64,000 nt of DNA from the NCBI RefSeq assembly GCF_009914755.1, contig NC_060934.1. One strand, written 5' to 3'. The stretch comes from the human T2T-CHM13v2.0 reference genome, Homo sapiens. Shown in pieces: positions 1 through 13,918 of this stretch. A program made the translations under genes and the position numbers. Position 1 is the stretch's first letter; the number at the start of each line of letters is the position of its first letter. The notes under the pieces are model-generated. The model was not told where the DNA came from. It made no database searches and worked only from the letters and a program-made list of their open reading frames with translations.

Positions 1-1482
1 TTTCAGATACTGTGTGGCAATGCGAGGTTTGTCTGCTGTGAAGGGAAAACCATCCCACCGCTTAGGAAGTCGTGAGATGCAGCACGAATGTGATTTTGTT
101 ACCACGCTCCCCTGGAGGCACGTCGTGCTGTTCTAGAAAGCCTGTCGTTGGAGGAAAACACTTGATGAGCCTGCGGTAAAGGCGTGGCTTGCGATTTCAC
201 TTGGGAAGCACATTGTCGTGTTGTCTGTGTGATTTACATCCCGCAGCTGATGGAGACACCACCATACTCCATGGAAGGTCCTTCCTGTCCGATCTGTCCA
301 AGGTCTGGAGGAAGAGGCGAGATGGGTCAACTGTGAGCTTCCATCAGCTTCTGCTTAGAGAGAGGCTAATTATTTGGGTTTCTGGTGATTCCACCAGCTC
401 CAGATTTAAGTGTTCTCTATGCTAGGGTGGCGTGGGGGTGGTGTGTGGTCAGTTACTGCTTAAACTCCCTGCAGAGGGGGCTGAGGGGCTTGGGTGGCAG
501 GTGGTTGGCGGTGGCGCGTGCCAGCCCCGGGTCTGTGCCTAGACCAAGGCTCATGTTCTGCCCATTGCTCTTGGGACAGGCTCTTTGGGACATCAAGGAT
601 TCTGGGACCATCCTGACACTGCTCTCCTTGGGGTGCGTGGCCAGAGGTGTCTTCAGGCTTCAAGGAGAGGTGCTCAGTGCAGGAGACTCAGCTTCTGCCC
701 AGCACCACAGGGTCGAGGGCTTGGAGCATCCAGGTGGTTTCATCCAGGCCTGAGTGAGAACGTGACCTAGTTACTGTGCCTCTCTGCACGTTGGCAGAAT
801 AAACAGACCTTGCTTCCTTCCCTACTCACAGCAAGCAGAATTCTGCTGAGCCTCTCGGAGGCTGGAGGGCCGGTTTTAGTAACGTGCCCTTTCCTGGTTG
901 GCGACCGTCCAGTTATTTTGGGTGAATGTTAATGGCCGTGAGTTTGAAAGTTGTAGTTAGATGAAAACGCCCTCTCTGGACACAGTGTCCTTGTCACCTA
1001 CTGTCTGAAGGTGCTTCCTTTTTGGGGAATAGGATTGAGAGCAAAATGGTCACAAAATCTGTGGCTTTGGATTGTCATTTGATTTTTTTTTTTTGATGCC
1101 TTCTGTCTGCATTTAGGTCAGTGGAAGGGATGAATTCATCATAGGCACTTGTAGTAGAACATCTCCTTGAGCCTCAAAGAGAAGGCTATTTTTCCTGTGG
1201 GTCATCTTTGTGCTGTGCATGGGAGGTCCTGCCCCATGGGGCAAGGTGAGTTTAACTTTTGGAGGTGGCTGGTGATCTTGGGGGGAATTTAATTTGAGGA
1301 CATGTGCATGACCAATAAACTGTTCTGGAGGAATGAATAGTCCTGTGTCTCCCATATTTTTACCTTTTATAAAGCGCTTGTACTGCACGGTGTCCTTATT
1401 CTAGGCTGATGCAAAATTTTCATACTGCATTTGCTAGTGATTTGCACCAGTGGCCGAAGAACTATAAAGTAGTTGTCTCTAT

Positions 1483-1616
1483 TTTTTAAAAATTAAAAAA
1501 AAAGATGGGGTCTTGCTCCATTGCCTAGACTGGTCTCAAACTCCTGGCCTCAAGTGATCCTCCTGTCTCAGCTTCCTAATTGCTGGGATTATAGGAACGA
1601 GCCACTTTGCTCAACC
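1483..1616 (-). mobile_element. Alu left monomer (FLAM-like)
   Basis: gatggggtcttgctccattgcctagactggtctcaaactcctggcctcaagtgatcc...gagccactttgctcaacc is an antisense Alu left arm. Confidence 0.85.
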
Positions 1617-1984
1617 TTAGTTTCTGTTTTATTCAGAATGGAAGGAATTTCTCATATAAGTAGAATTCTAGAGCTAGAAGAGACATTGTATCTCTAGCTC
1701 TGTCTCTGTCTTTATCTCTGTCACTATATCTGTCTCTGCGTCTGTCTCTAAACTGTCTTTATCATCAGGCACAGAAAGTTAAGCCCCATTATTCAAGATC
1801 CTACAACTAGTTGAGGGTAGAATAGGGTCCATTGTGCCCAGGCAAAACCCAGGTAAGAGTGCAGGGCCAGGGCTAACCATGAGCTCCGGGACTTGTGCAG
1901 CCTGCCTGTTTCCAGTCTGTGTGTTCCCCCTTGGGTCATGTCACGTGGGAGCAGAAGCTTCTAGTCGAACGTGTAAAGGACCCA

Positions 1985-2075
1985 AGAGGAAAGGGGAGCC
2001 CAGAAGGGTTGAGGGACTTGCCTGAGATCACACAGCTAGTGAGCGAGTCACCTATCCAAGCCTGGAATACGGGTC
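1985..2075 (-). mobile_element. MIR fragment
   Basis: agggttgagggacttgcctgagatcacacagctagtgag resembles the antisense MIR core. Confidence 0.6.
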
Positions 2076-3170
2076 CAGCTGTCCCCACGGAGCCATCCTT
2101 CTGGCCCACTAGATTCAGAATGAACTCAGGCTCAAGCGTGCGTGAATAAGAGGATGCTGTGCATAGTCCTGACTTTATGAATCAACTTGATGAGATTCTG
2201 TGTGGGGTCAACTAATGTGCTCAGAGTCCAGCATTGAGTGAGTAGGAGGTGGGAAGGGGTCCAAGCTCAGTTCTGGCAAAAACTCCAGAGCTCAGTGTTG
2301 GGCCAACACTGTCTTCTCTCGTGAATGAGGAAAACCCTTTCTCAGGCCATGATACGTTGGTATCTCAGTCTTTTGGCCATGAAGGGTAGAGGGGAAAGAT
2401 TGAACTTTTAAGATCTTTGCCTGGATTCTTGTTATTCTCAATACAAAATAAAATACTTTAACTTCAAGCTCGTGTGGGGCCCTGGGAACAAGCTGTAGGT
2501 GTGCGCTTTTTTTTCTCTGATTAAATTGGAATCACTATGTAAATTAACTTTCCAGGGGATTGTCTGTGGGAATTCCTAAAGCAGTCTTAGGTCGGTATGA
2601 CACGTGAAGAAAATACATCAAGCAATCAATCTTAGAAGCTTATCTTCTATTCAGGGTTTCCACAGGAAGGCAGTTTCACCCCAGCTGGGATCACCGGTTG
2701 CTTTTCACATTCTTAATTCTTTTGCCAATTTTCCAGATGCCTGTGGAAATTCATGCTGACCGTTTTTTTTTTAAAAAAATTCCATTTTAAGTACTGAATA
2801 TTTTCCTGTCACTACTTAAACTGGCATGAATAAAATATTCCCTTTCGGGAGGATGATTTTCAAATGTTTCTTAAAGAAAAACAAAACACCCTAGTCGGTT
2901 AAATTTAGGAGGTCTGTTAAAATGTCCTTACAGTACCAGCAGGTGAATTTGAGAATAAGAATTCTATCTTCCTCACAGTGCCATATACAGTGCACTGTAA
3001 TGGCAAGCATAAGGAAATTAGGAAGACTAGAACCGAATCATCCAGGACTCAAAATAGAGTTTCTCCCTCAGAACAATCTGGGGTATCTATACTAAATTTA
3101 TGGGATAGTTACTGTCATTAACAGCTCATATAACTGAAAATGGTGAAATGATTTGAAAATCAGATAAATG

Positions 3171-3220
3171 GTAATTGCACCACTGCACTCCAGCCTGGAT
3201 AGCAGAGCGAGACTTGTCTT

Positions 3221-3223
<3 letters not shown>
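3171..3223 (+). mobile_element. Alu 3' terminal fragment
   Basis: attgcaccactgcactccagcctggatagcagagcgagacttgtctt. Confidence 0.85.

Positions 3224-3266
<43 letters not shown>
3224..3266. repeat. (CA)n microsatellite, ~21 units
   Basis: uninterrupted CA run at the tail position of the Alu fragment. Confidence 0.97.
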
Positions 3267-3598
<332 letters not shown>

Positions 3599-3599
3599 C

Positions 3600-4090
3600 C
3601 CCCACAACTCCTCCTTCCCTCTCCCCCCAGCCCCTGACACCTACCATTCTACTTTGTTCCTGAATTTATCTACTCTAAGGACTTCCCATAAGTAGCATCA
3701 TACAGTACTTAGCCTGTTGAGATTACCTTATTCTACTCAGCATAATTTCCTTATGGTTCATCTACATTATAGCATTTGTCAGAATTTTCTTCCTTTTTAT
3801 TTATTATCATGTACCATATGTTATTTGGAAATATGTATACACTGTGGAATGACTAAATTGATCTAGTTAATATATGTATTACTTAACATACTTGTTTTGT
3901 AGTGAGAATGCTTAAAATCTACTGTCTTAGCAATTTTTGAGAGCATATACATTGTTATTGAGCATAGTCACTATGTTGTACAATAGATCTCTCGAACTTT
4001 TTCCTCCCAGCTGAAATTTTGTATCCTTTGACAAAAGTCTCCCCAACCCCCTGACCCCCAGGCCCAGGTAACCACCATATTACATTCTAG
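3600..4090 (-). mobile_element. Two old L1 3' UTR fragments (L1MB-like ~3600-3800, L1MA-like ~3800-4090)
   Basis: ctaccattctactttg...tactcagcataat and gtgagaatgcttaaaatctactgtcttagcaatttt...atagtcactatgttgtacaatagatctc match antisense L1M 3' ends. Confidence 0.75.
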
Positions 4091-4254
4091 TGAAAAAACA
4101 ACTTCATTAGAAATTTTGATGAGTTTAAACATAGTAAGCCTCAATTTTTCTTCCAAATTTTCCTAGTTTTGAAAGTATACACACAACACACACACACATA
4201 CCCTGATCTGGACCAGGTTCTTAGCTACAACTGACTGCTCATCGACTGTCATGA

Positions 4255-4576
<322 letters not shown>

Positions 4577-5074
4577 TTTTCTTCCTTTTTTAAGGAATAC
4601 ATTTTCTTTTAGCTCCTACTGAATGCAACTCATGGTGCTAGGCTCTCTGAGAGAGGCAAAAACATTTCACTCAAGGAACTCATAGTGTTATGGGTGAAAA
4701 GAATGGAAAACACGGCAAGCGTTTTAGATGTGTGTTACCACCATCTGTCCTCCTGACCTCAGTGAGATGGGGTCAGACATTTTAATTTTCTCACCCAGGG
4801 ACATTCAGCGAATTAAGTGGCTGAGTTGAGCTTCAGGCCCAGCTTTGGGAGACACTCCCTGTATCCTGTAAGCAGAGACCAAATCAATGCTGTGTGAGTT
4901 TAGAGATGGAGACACCCAGCCCACCTGGGGGAAGACATGATGGACGCGTGAGCATGTGTCCAAACTTGAGGCATGGGGAAGTGTCCTGCTCTGAAGGTGG
5001 GGACGGTGGCTGAGCAGACATGCCGGCCAGAACACTACCCTGAAGATGACAGTGTTGACATCAAGGGCGGGAGG

Positions 5075-5886
5075 TGAAGGAAAATGGCAGCTTACGCTCC
5101 ACACCTCACACGTGTGTGGGTTTTTCCTTCTCATTAAGCAGTTCTCCAGTTCTTGGACACCTGTGTGTCCTAGAATTCACCTGTGACACTGACTATGTGC
5201 AGGTATTGCAGACCCCCCAGGTTGAGGGCAGTTCCACAAGACCGCTCCCGACACCCCCTCCGCTTCAGACGCCAGTCACAAGTCCTAGGTTGCGGCTCGT
5301 GCTTTTGGCCGACTGGCCATCCTTTGAGGGTTCACACCATCCCAACACACGTTTGATCGTTTGCGATAATGGCTCACAGAATCTAGGGAGACACTTATGT
5401 TTACAGTTGTATTATGACAAATACAACTCAGGAACAGCCAAATAGAAGAGTTGCATGGGGCGAGGTGTAGGGTGGGGTGAGGTAGCAGGGGAGCGTGCCG
5501 TCCTCTCCGGGTGCCCCACCTCCCTCATATCCAGGTGTTCACCAACCAGAAACTCCCCAGACCTCTCCAATTAGGGTTTTTATGGAGATTCCATGATTGA
5601 TGTAAATCACTGGTCATTGGTGACTGACTCAACCTCCAGTGCCTCTCCCCTTTCTGGACTGGCAAATTCCAACCCTCTCTCATCACCTGGTTGGTTCCCC
5701 TGGTAACCAGCCCCCCTTTTCCAAGAGTCACCGCATTGGCATAAACTTAGGTATGCTTGAAAGGGGCTTATGATGAATAACAAGAGATGTTCCTTTCACC
5801 CCATCACTCCAAATTCCAAGGGCTTTCGGAGGTCTGTGCTAGGAGCCACAGGCAGACACCAAAGATAGATTTCTTACCCTGCCACA
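5075..5886 (-). mobile_element. MER21 (MER21C-like) solo LTR
   Basis: TG...CA termini; reverse strand begins tgtggcagggtaagaaatctatctttggtgtctgcctgtggctcctagcacagacctccgaaagcccttggaattt, matching the recalled MER21C start. Confidence 0.75.
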
Positions 5887-5889
5887 CCT

Positions 5890-6190
5890 GGGAGGTGGTA
5901 GCGTTGACATCAAGGGTGGGAGGAGATTAGCAAGCTGGGCATGAAGGAACCAGTGGGAAACCAGGTTAGAAAGGGGGGTAAAGGTCAGATCATGATGGGT
6001 TTTGAGTTCTAGGCTAAAGTGTTTATAGTGTTAGCTCGTGACACATCCAGGATGTGGAAACATGAGCAGAACTGAGCCTTGGAAAATGACCTCAGAGCCT
6101 GTAGCAGGGCTGTGATCTGGACCTGGACCAGTGTGGTGGCGGGCAGGAAAGAGGCTGCGTGCAGGAGGCCTTGGAGGGCAGGGCTGGGAC
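5890..6190 (-). mobile_element. L2 fragment (probably continues left of the LTR)
   Basis: aaaggtcagatcatgatgggttttgagttctaggctaaagtgttt resembles antisense L2. Confidence 0.5.
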
Positions 6191-6310
6191 ATGGTGCTGG
6201 CCCAGGTGAGCTCACCCATCTCAGCATGGTGTGCCTCCAACTTGGGGTGCACTTTGTAGCTGCTTACTGAGGGTAAACAGTTACACTTATTTTATTTTTT
6301 TAAAATTTTA

Positions 6311-6545
6311 ATTTTTTTTTTTTTTTTTTTTTGCAGAGACAGGGTCTCACTCTATTGCCCAGGCTGGAGTGCAGTGGTGCGATCATAGCTAACTGCAGCC
6401 TCCAACTCCTGGGTTCAAGCAGTCCTCCCACCTCAGTCTCCCAGGTAGCTAGGTGCATACCACTACGCCCAAGTAATTTTTTTTAATTAATTTTTTTTTG
6501 TAGAGACCAGGGGGTCCCAAACCCTTGGCCTCAAGTGATCCCCTT
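6311..6545 (-). mobile_element. AluJ, internally deleted and 5'-truncated
   Basis: poly-T, gagacagggtctcactct, gatcatagct...gcagcctcc (J diagnostics). Confidence 0.9.
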
Positions 6546-6769
6546 GACCTGCAGCCCCCGCCTCCGCAGAGGTTTGGGAATGGGGCTGAAATTCCCAACC
6601 CTCTAATCCTGCCTTGGTTTTTGAAGTGCCTAGCTCCCATCCTGAAGCCACCTAGGGAATCTCAGCCACCAGTCACCTCATTAGCCCACAAAAGACATCA
6701 CTGTGGAGGTTCCAAGGATTGTTGTATGCCAGGAAACTTTAAGACAAAATAAATATTTTTCAGTATCAT
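6546..6769 (-). mobile_element. MER21A/B LTR 5' portion
   Basis: ggggctgaaattcccaaccctctaatcctgccttgg...cctgaagccacctaggg...ttgtatgccaggaaa matches the recalled MER21A/B 5' half. Confidence 0.7.
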
Positions 6770-6878
6770 AAAGGGCCACCAGGATCAGGCTGGAATTCAG
6801 GGCTTCTGACACCTAATGTAAGTGAGGAATGTTCTGTTAGCTTCTGGGGAAAACTTACTGTAGAAGGGTTGGTTTTTC

Positions 6879-7190
6879 GGCCAGGCGAAGTGGGTCACGC
6901 CTGTAATCCCAGCATTCTGGGAGGCCGAGGTTGGTGAATTACTTGAGGTCAGGAGTTCGAGACCAGCCTAGCCAACATGGTGAAAAATACAAAAATTAGC
7001 CATCTCTATGAAAAATACAAAAATTAGCCGGGCATGGTGGTGCGTGCCGGTAGTCCCAGCTACTTAGGAGGCTGAGGCAGGAGAATTGCATGAACCCAGG
7101 AGGCGGAGGTTGCTGTGGGCCGTGATTGCACCACTGCACTCCAGCCTGGGCAACAGAGTGAGACTCCGTCTCAAGAAACAAAAAACAAAA
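6879..7190 (+). mobile_element. AluS, full length
   Basis: dimeric Alu; flank aagggttg repeated after the tail. Confidence 0.95.
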
Positions 7191-7198
7191 GGGTTGTT

Positions 7199-7419
7199 AA
7201 CCTCTGCCTCCTGGGTTCAAGCGATTCTCCTGCCTCAGCCTCCCGAGTAGCTGGGATTACAGGTGCCCGCCACCACACCTGGCTAATTTTTGTATTTTTA
7301 GTAGAGACAGGGTTTCATCATGTTGGCCAGGCTGGCCTCCAACTCCTGACCTCAGGTGAATCACCCACCTCGGCCTCCCAAAGTGCTGGGCTTACAGGCG
7401 TGAGCCACTGTGCCTGGTC
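7199..7419 (-). mobile_element. AluS lacking its 3' ~65 nt and tail
   Basis: starts abruptly at aacctctgcctcctgggttcaagcg and runs to gagccactgtgcctggtc. Confidence 0.95.
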
Positions 7420-8781
7420 AAAAGAGTTGTTTTTTAAGTGTTCAGTAGCCCCCGGTCCAGGGCTCCTTAACTCGGAGCAGCAGTGAATTTGGAAGGTCAG
7501 CCCCTCTCCTGCTGGGCGCTGCTGGTGTCCTGTCTTCTTTACTATTGTGTCCGCATCATTGTCCACTGTTCCTCTTGGGGAGGTAAGAACTTGGGGAACG
7601 GTTGCCAAAATCGTCATTTTTCTCGTGACTGCTGTTGGGGTTTTCTCCCTCTCAGGGCTTATGCCCAGGGATAATGGGTTCATTCTGGGCCCTCCAACCA
7701 GAGTCTTCATGAGTCTCTGGCTTAACCCCCTTTTTGCCATATGCTGTGGGGGAAAAGTAGCCCTCCACTGGAGAACACTTCTTCCAGGCCCTCTGTGATG
7801 TAAGGGCTATGTAGAAGGTATTTGATCTCTTTTCTGTTGCTTTGCTATCTCAACTTTCTGTCTAGGCTTCAGCTGAGCAGATCCTTGAAATTGGCTTAAA
7901 CAAGCACTTACAATCTTCTTTGAGTTAAGATCAAGTGTGTTGGCAGCTCCTGCAGGCTGTGCCTCTGCCCTTCTCCCCGCAGCAGCTGTTGCTGGTTCAG
8001 CTTAGCACTTCCAGCCACGTAGGCTCCCCATGGCCATGTCCACGTCCACTGGGCAGGCTCCTTGCCTGGTGTGTCAGAGCCCTACCTTCTGCTCTTCCTG
8101 AGGTTTGGGTTTTTAACTCAGTCGTAAGGAGCTGAATGAGGGGCCCAGGAAGACGCTGATTTTATGCACCATCTCTGTGTTTGGCCCACAGCTGTGTTTG
8201 TGTGATTTTAAAACAATTTATCGCTCATCTCGACTGGGCCCTGTCGGCTGACCCAGCTCCTCCGCAGCCATTGGTAATCTCCATTTTAATTAATCTTTCA
8301 AAGAAGCAGATTAAGTTGATTGCTTCCCAAGCTGAGTTTGGTGTCTGTACCTTTCAGCTGCCTTACAGAAGTGATTAAAATAAGGATTTTTCTATGAGCT
8401 TTGGTGCCCAGTTAAGATTATTTTTGGATCTCGTCTCAATGGTTTATTTCCATCATGTGCCTGTTTTTAACATAAGAGCTGAAAATGAGCGGGGCTGGTT
8501 TTTGTCTCCTGCAGGTGTTCTGTTCTTTCAAGCGCCCTAGGATGGCCATGACCTTTGGTTCCGTCTGCTTTGTGTGTCCTTGACCCTTGGAGCCTTCTAA
8601 GGTAGCCCTGCTGAGTCACTAACATGGAGTCACACCTTTTTTCTTCCAGTCCTGGCTTCTCTTCCCCCACACGGCTTTGCAGATAAAACCATTTATTCTT
8701 GACCTACCCAAGCGGAGGTCCTTTAGGCCACTCTCCCCAGTCCTAACTCTAGCCCTGAATTGAACAGACTGCATTGAAAAT

Positions 8782-8922
8782 GTTGGTTACCTGTCAGTTT
8801 CCTCTTCCGCTGTGCCGTCCTTGAGGGGAGGGCTAGTATTTCAGCCATCCCTGTGACCCTGGGGCCTAGGTGAGTGCCTGGTACACCAGGAAGCGCTCAG
8901 TGATGGTCTCTTGAATGAGTGA
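8782..8922 (+). mobile_element. L2 3' end
   Basis: ccttgaggggaggg...gcctaggtgagtgcctggtacaccaggaagcgctcagtg...ttgaatgagtgaa. Confidence 0.6.
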
Positions 8923-9487
8923 ACCTCCTTGAAGTGCACAGAAAAATTGACTGAAGAGGGTGAGTGTTGCTTAGAGCCAAGGTAGTAGGAAAAATGTTGG
9001 CCTAAAGATGTGTTTAGTTTGGCTTGCATGCTGTTGAAAAGTTTTTGAATCAACATACCAGAAAAAATCGCAGGTAAACTGTACATTGAAAATCCAGATT
9101 TCCAGCTTCTCTTGAAAAATGTAAAGACCTGGCCTAGGCTGGAACTGAGGGGTGAGCTTCTTTTCGAGGGGCCCAACTCGGCTTTTTATTCACCTGATTT
9201 CTAAAATAATTTTGTAAAGCCGTCTACCCCCTCCCACACTTTGAGTTGATAGCCAAAATTTTTCATCGTAACTTGAGAGAGGCAAAGGATGTTATTTCCA
9301 GAGTATTGTAAATATTGGCATCTTGAAATAAAACAGTTACATCATTATTTTAAGTGTAACCAGTGGAGCTAAATACCACAGAGATTTGATACCCACTGTC
9401 ATCCATTTAAAAAGAAGCTCATCTTTAACCACTGGAATTTCTACCTCATTCTTTTTTTTTCTTTAGAGTCATATTCTATTCTCATAG

Positions 9488-9910
<423 letters not shown>

Positions 9911-10470
9911 TAGTTATTGTGATGATGATTCTACATTTGAACAAAACAAAGATATTATAAATTTTGATAAATAAAAGGAGAATATAGAATTTATTTGGAA
10001 ATATATCTCCTAATAAAAATCCATAGAGTTTTTGGGGTCTTTTTTTTTTCTTTCAGTTGTTTGATATGGATGAAGATTACTCATTGCTGGGATAAGGAGG
10101 TCAGAATTAGTCCTTTTCCTATTTTTGTGTTTTTATAGATGTTAGTACAAAGAAACCAGATGTAACTGAGTAGATGGGATAGGAGTTTTTCATAGCAGTC
10201 CCTCAGTGAGTTCTTTGGACTCTTGCCGATTTCTGTGTCACATTATTTATTCTGCCTGCATCACAGTTGCTGCTGTTAGCCTTTTCCTTTCTAGCAGGTC
10301 TCTCTTGAGTGGAAGGAGCATGCCCTACTGGGAATGGTATTGAAATATGCATAGAGGTGGGTGAAGGTGGTATGGGAGTGCTCTCAAACCATGGTCTCCT
10401 TGAGGCTTACTGGTGTGAGGGAGTGGGAGGTAGTCCCCAAGTATATCCAGGAAGATAAAAGTTGAGGGCC

Positions 10471-10772
<302 letters not shown>

Positions 10773-10904
10773 TCATTGCTGGACTGCAGGGTTCCTAAGG
10801 ATAGGAGCCACACCATGGCTTAGATCTGTTGGGACACCCCTACTATGACACCTAATGAAGGGGTTTGCACTATATGCCAGTAATGTCATAAGAGTAAAAC
10901 AAAC

Positions 10905-11345
10905 TATAGTGCTTCCACAGTTTTTGTGGATTCTGTATTTGCAAATTCACCTATTCACTAAAATGTATTTGCATTTTTGTTGGTGATTTTGCTGCTTAAA
11001 GTAGCCCCAAGCATAGTTCAGAAGTGTCTAGTGTTCCTAAGTGTGGAAAGGCTGTAAGGTACCTTGCAGAGAAAATTTGTAATGTTAGTTTCTTCAAGCA
11101 TGAGTTGTGGTGCTGATGGCTGTGAGTTCAATATTAATGAATCAACAATATGTGTTAAATGACATGTCTTTAAACAGAAACACACATAAAGCAAAGTTCT
11201 ATATTGGTGAGATGATGTGACTAGAGAGGCCTGTAGGAACCTAGTCCTGTTTCTCCCCTAGGAGCAATGGTTCAGTATTGGCTAATACGGCATTCACGGC
11301 AACTTCTGAAAACATAACTACTGCAGATGATGTGACGCGATGGGA
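10905..11345 (-). mobile_element. MER82 (TcMar-Tigger) DNA transposon, internally deleted
   Basis: ggattctgtatttgcaaattcacct; gtgagttcaatattaatgaatcaacaat; ctttaaacagaaacacacataa; cccctaggagcaatggttcagtatt match recalled MER82. Confidence 0.75.
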
Positions 11346-12080
11346 TGTCATTTGCGCCTGGATGTTACGACTTTAGGAATTTAAGAAATAATTTCAGGAT
11401 AATGTCTAGGTAGGTAGGTTTTTAACTCGGAATTTCAAGGGAGTGGCAAGCATTTAATTTTTACAAGACAGTCTTTGGAAGCAGTCCCCTAACAGAGTGG
11501 CAACCATTGGAAAGTCTTCTGAGTGCATCCAAAGGAGGATTTCTAATGATGGGAAGTGCCTTTGCCGTTTAAACTTCACTGTGAGCTCACTTCTTGCTGC
11601 GTACCTAAAGTCTGAGCAGTCAAGCGAAGTGCTGAGTAAGGAGAAGAGCATCTCAGTGACTCTTTTATTATTTGACTATAGCTTATATCACCGGAAGATA
11701 AAAGACCTCAGAAGAGGAGTGCAGAGTTTGGAAGCTGCCCAAGACTCCCAATTTACATTCAGAACCGTGATTTATTCTCTGATTTCACGTAGCTTAAACT
11801 TTTTTCTTAATAGCCGCTAGCTCTACAAATTTTAATCCCTACTAAATAGTATATAAAATGTAATTGTCTTGATGTTGAGAACTTTATCTTCTGAGGGACT
11901 GAGTGTATTTTGAGATGTGACCTGATTTCTCTGGAATCCCCACTTGAGGGCTTTATGTTTTCACAGATGGAGACTTACAACTGTACCAGAGTGTGACGTA
12001 GGCCTCCAGGAAATGCGTTCTTCTGGTTTAATTCCTCTCATCCTTCAGGACAGACCTCTGGTCTAGCAGTACCTTTCCTG

Positions 12081-12224
12081 GGCCAGGCACAGTGGCTCGC
12101 ACCTGTAAACCCAGAACTTTGGGAGGCCGAGGTGGGCAGATTGCTTGAGCCCAGGAGCTCAAGACCAACCTGTGCAATATAGCGAGGCCCCTGTCTCTAC
12201 AAAACCAGAAAAACAAACAAAAAA
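12081..12224 (+). mobile_element. FLAM_C / Alu left monomer
   Basis: single arm with ttgagcccaggag and an A-rich tail. Confidence 0.88.
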
Positions 12225-12267
12225 GGAATGCCTTTTCTGTCTTTACCTTTCTCCTTTATAGATTGTT

Positions 12268-12770
12268 TTATAATATATAAATATATGTATTATATATATT
12301 ATATATATATTTTATATATATAATATATGTATTATATATATTATATATATATTTTATATATATAATATATGTATTATATATATTATATATATATTTTATA
12401 TATATATAATATATGTATTATATATATTATATATATATTTTATATATATATAATATATGTATTATATATATTATATATATATTTTATATATATATAATAT
12501 ATGTATTATATATATTATATATATATTTTATATATATATAATATATGTATTATATATATTATGTATATATTTTATATATATATAATATATGTATTATATA
12601 TATTATGTATATATTTTATATATATATAATATATGTATTATATATATTATGTATATATTTTATATATATATAATATATGTATTATATATATTATGTATAT
12701 ATTTTATATATATATAATATATGTATTATATATATTATGTATATATTTTATATATATATAATATATATAA
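12268..12770. repeat. AT-rich minisatellite, 11 units of 42-44 bp
   Basis: motif tatgtattat recurs at 12284, 12326, 12368, 12412, 12456, 12500, 12544, 12588, 12632, 12676 and 12720. Confidence 0.95.
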
Positions 12771-12869
12771 AGCTCAAATCAGATTCCAGGCCTGATATAC
12801 CTCCCCAAAGAAATTATAAAACCACCAGTTACTTTTCCTTCCCATGTATGTTGTCTCTCCTAATAGCTA

Positions 12870-13918
<1,049 letters not shown>

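Noticed and set aside
12268-12770. CRISPR-like or other spacer array among the tandem repeats
   Set aside because: Eukaryotic DNA; the repeats are head-to-tail without unique spacers.
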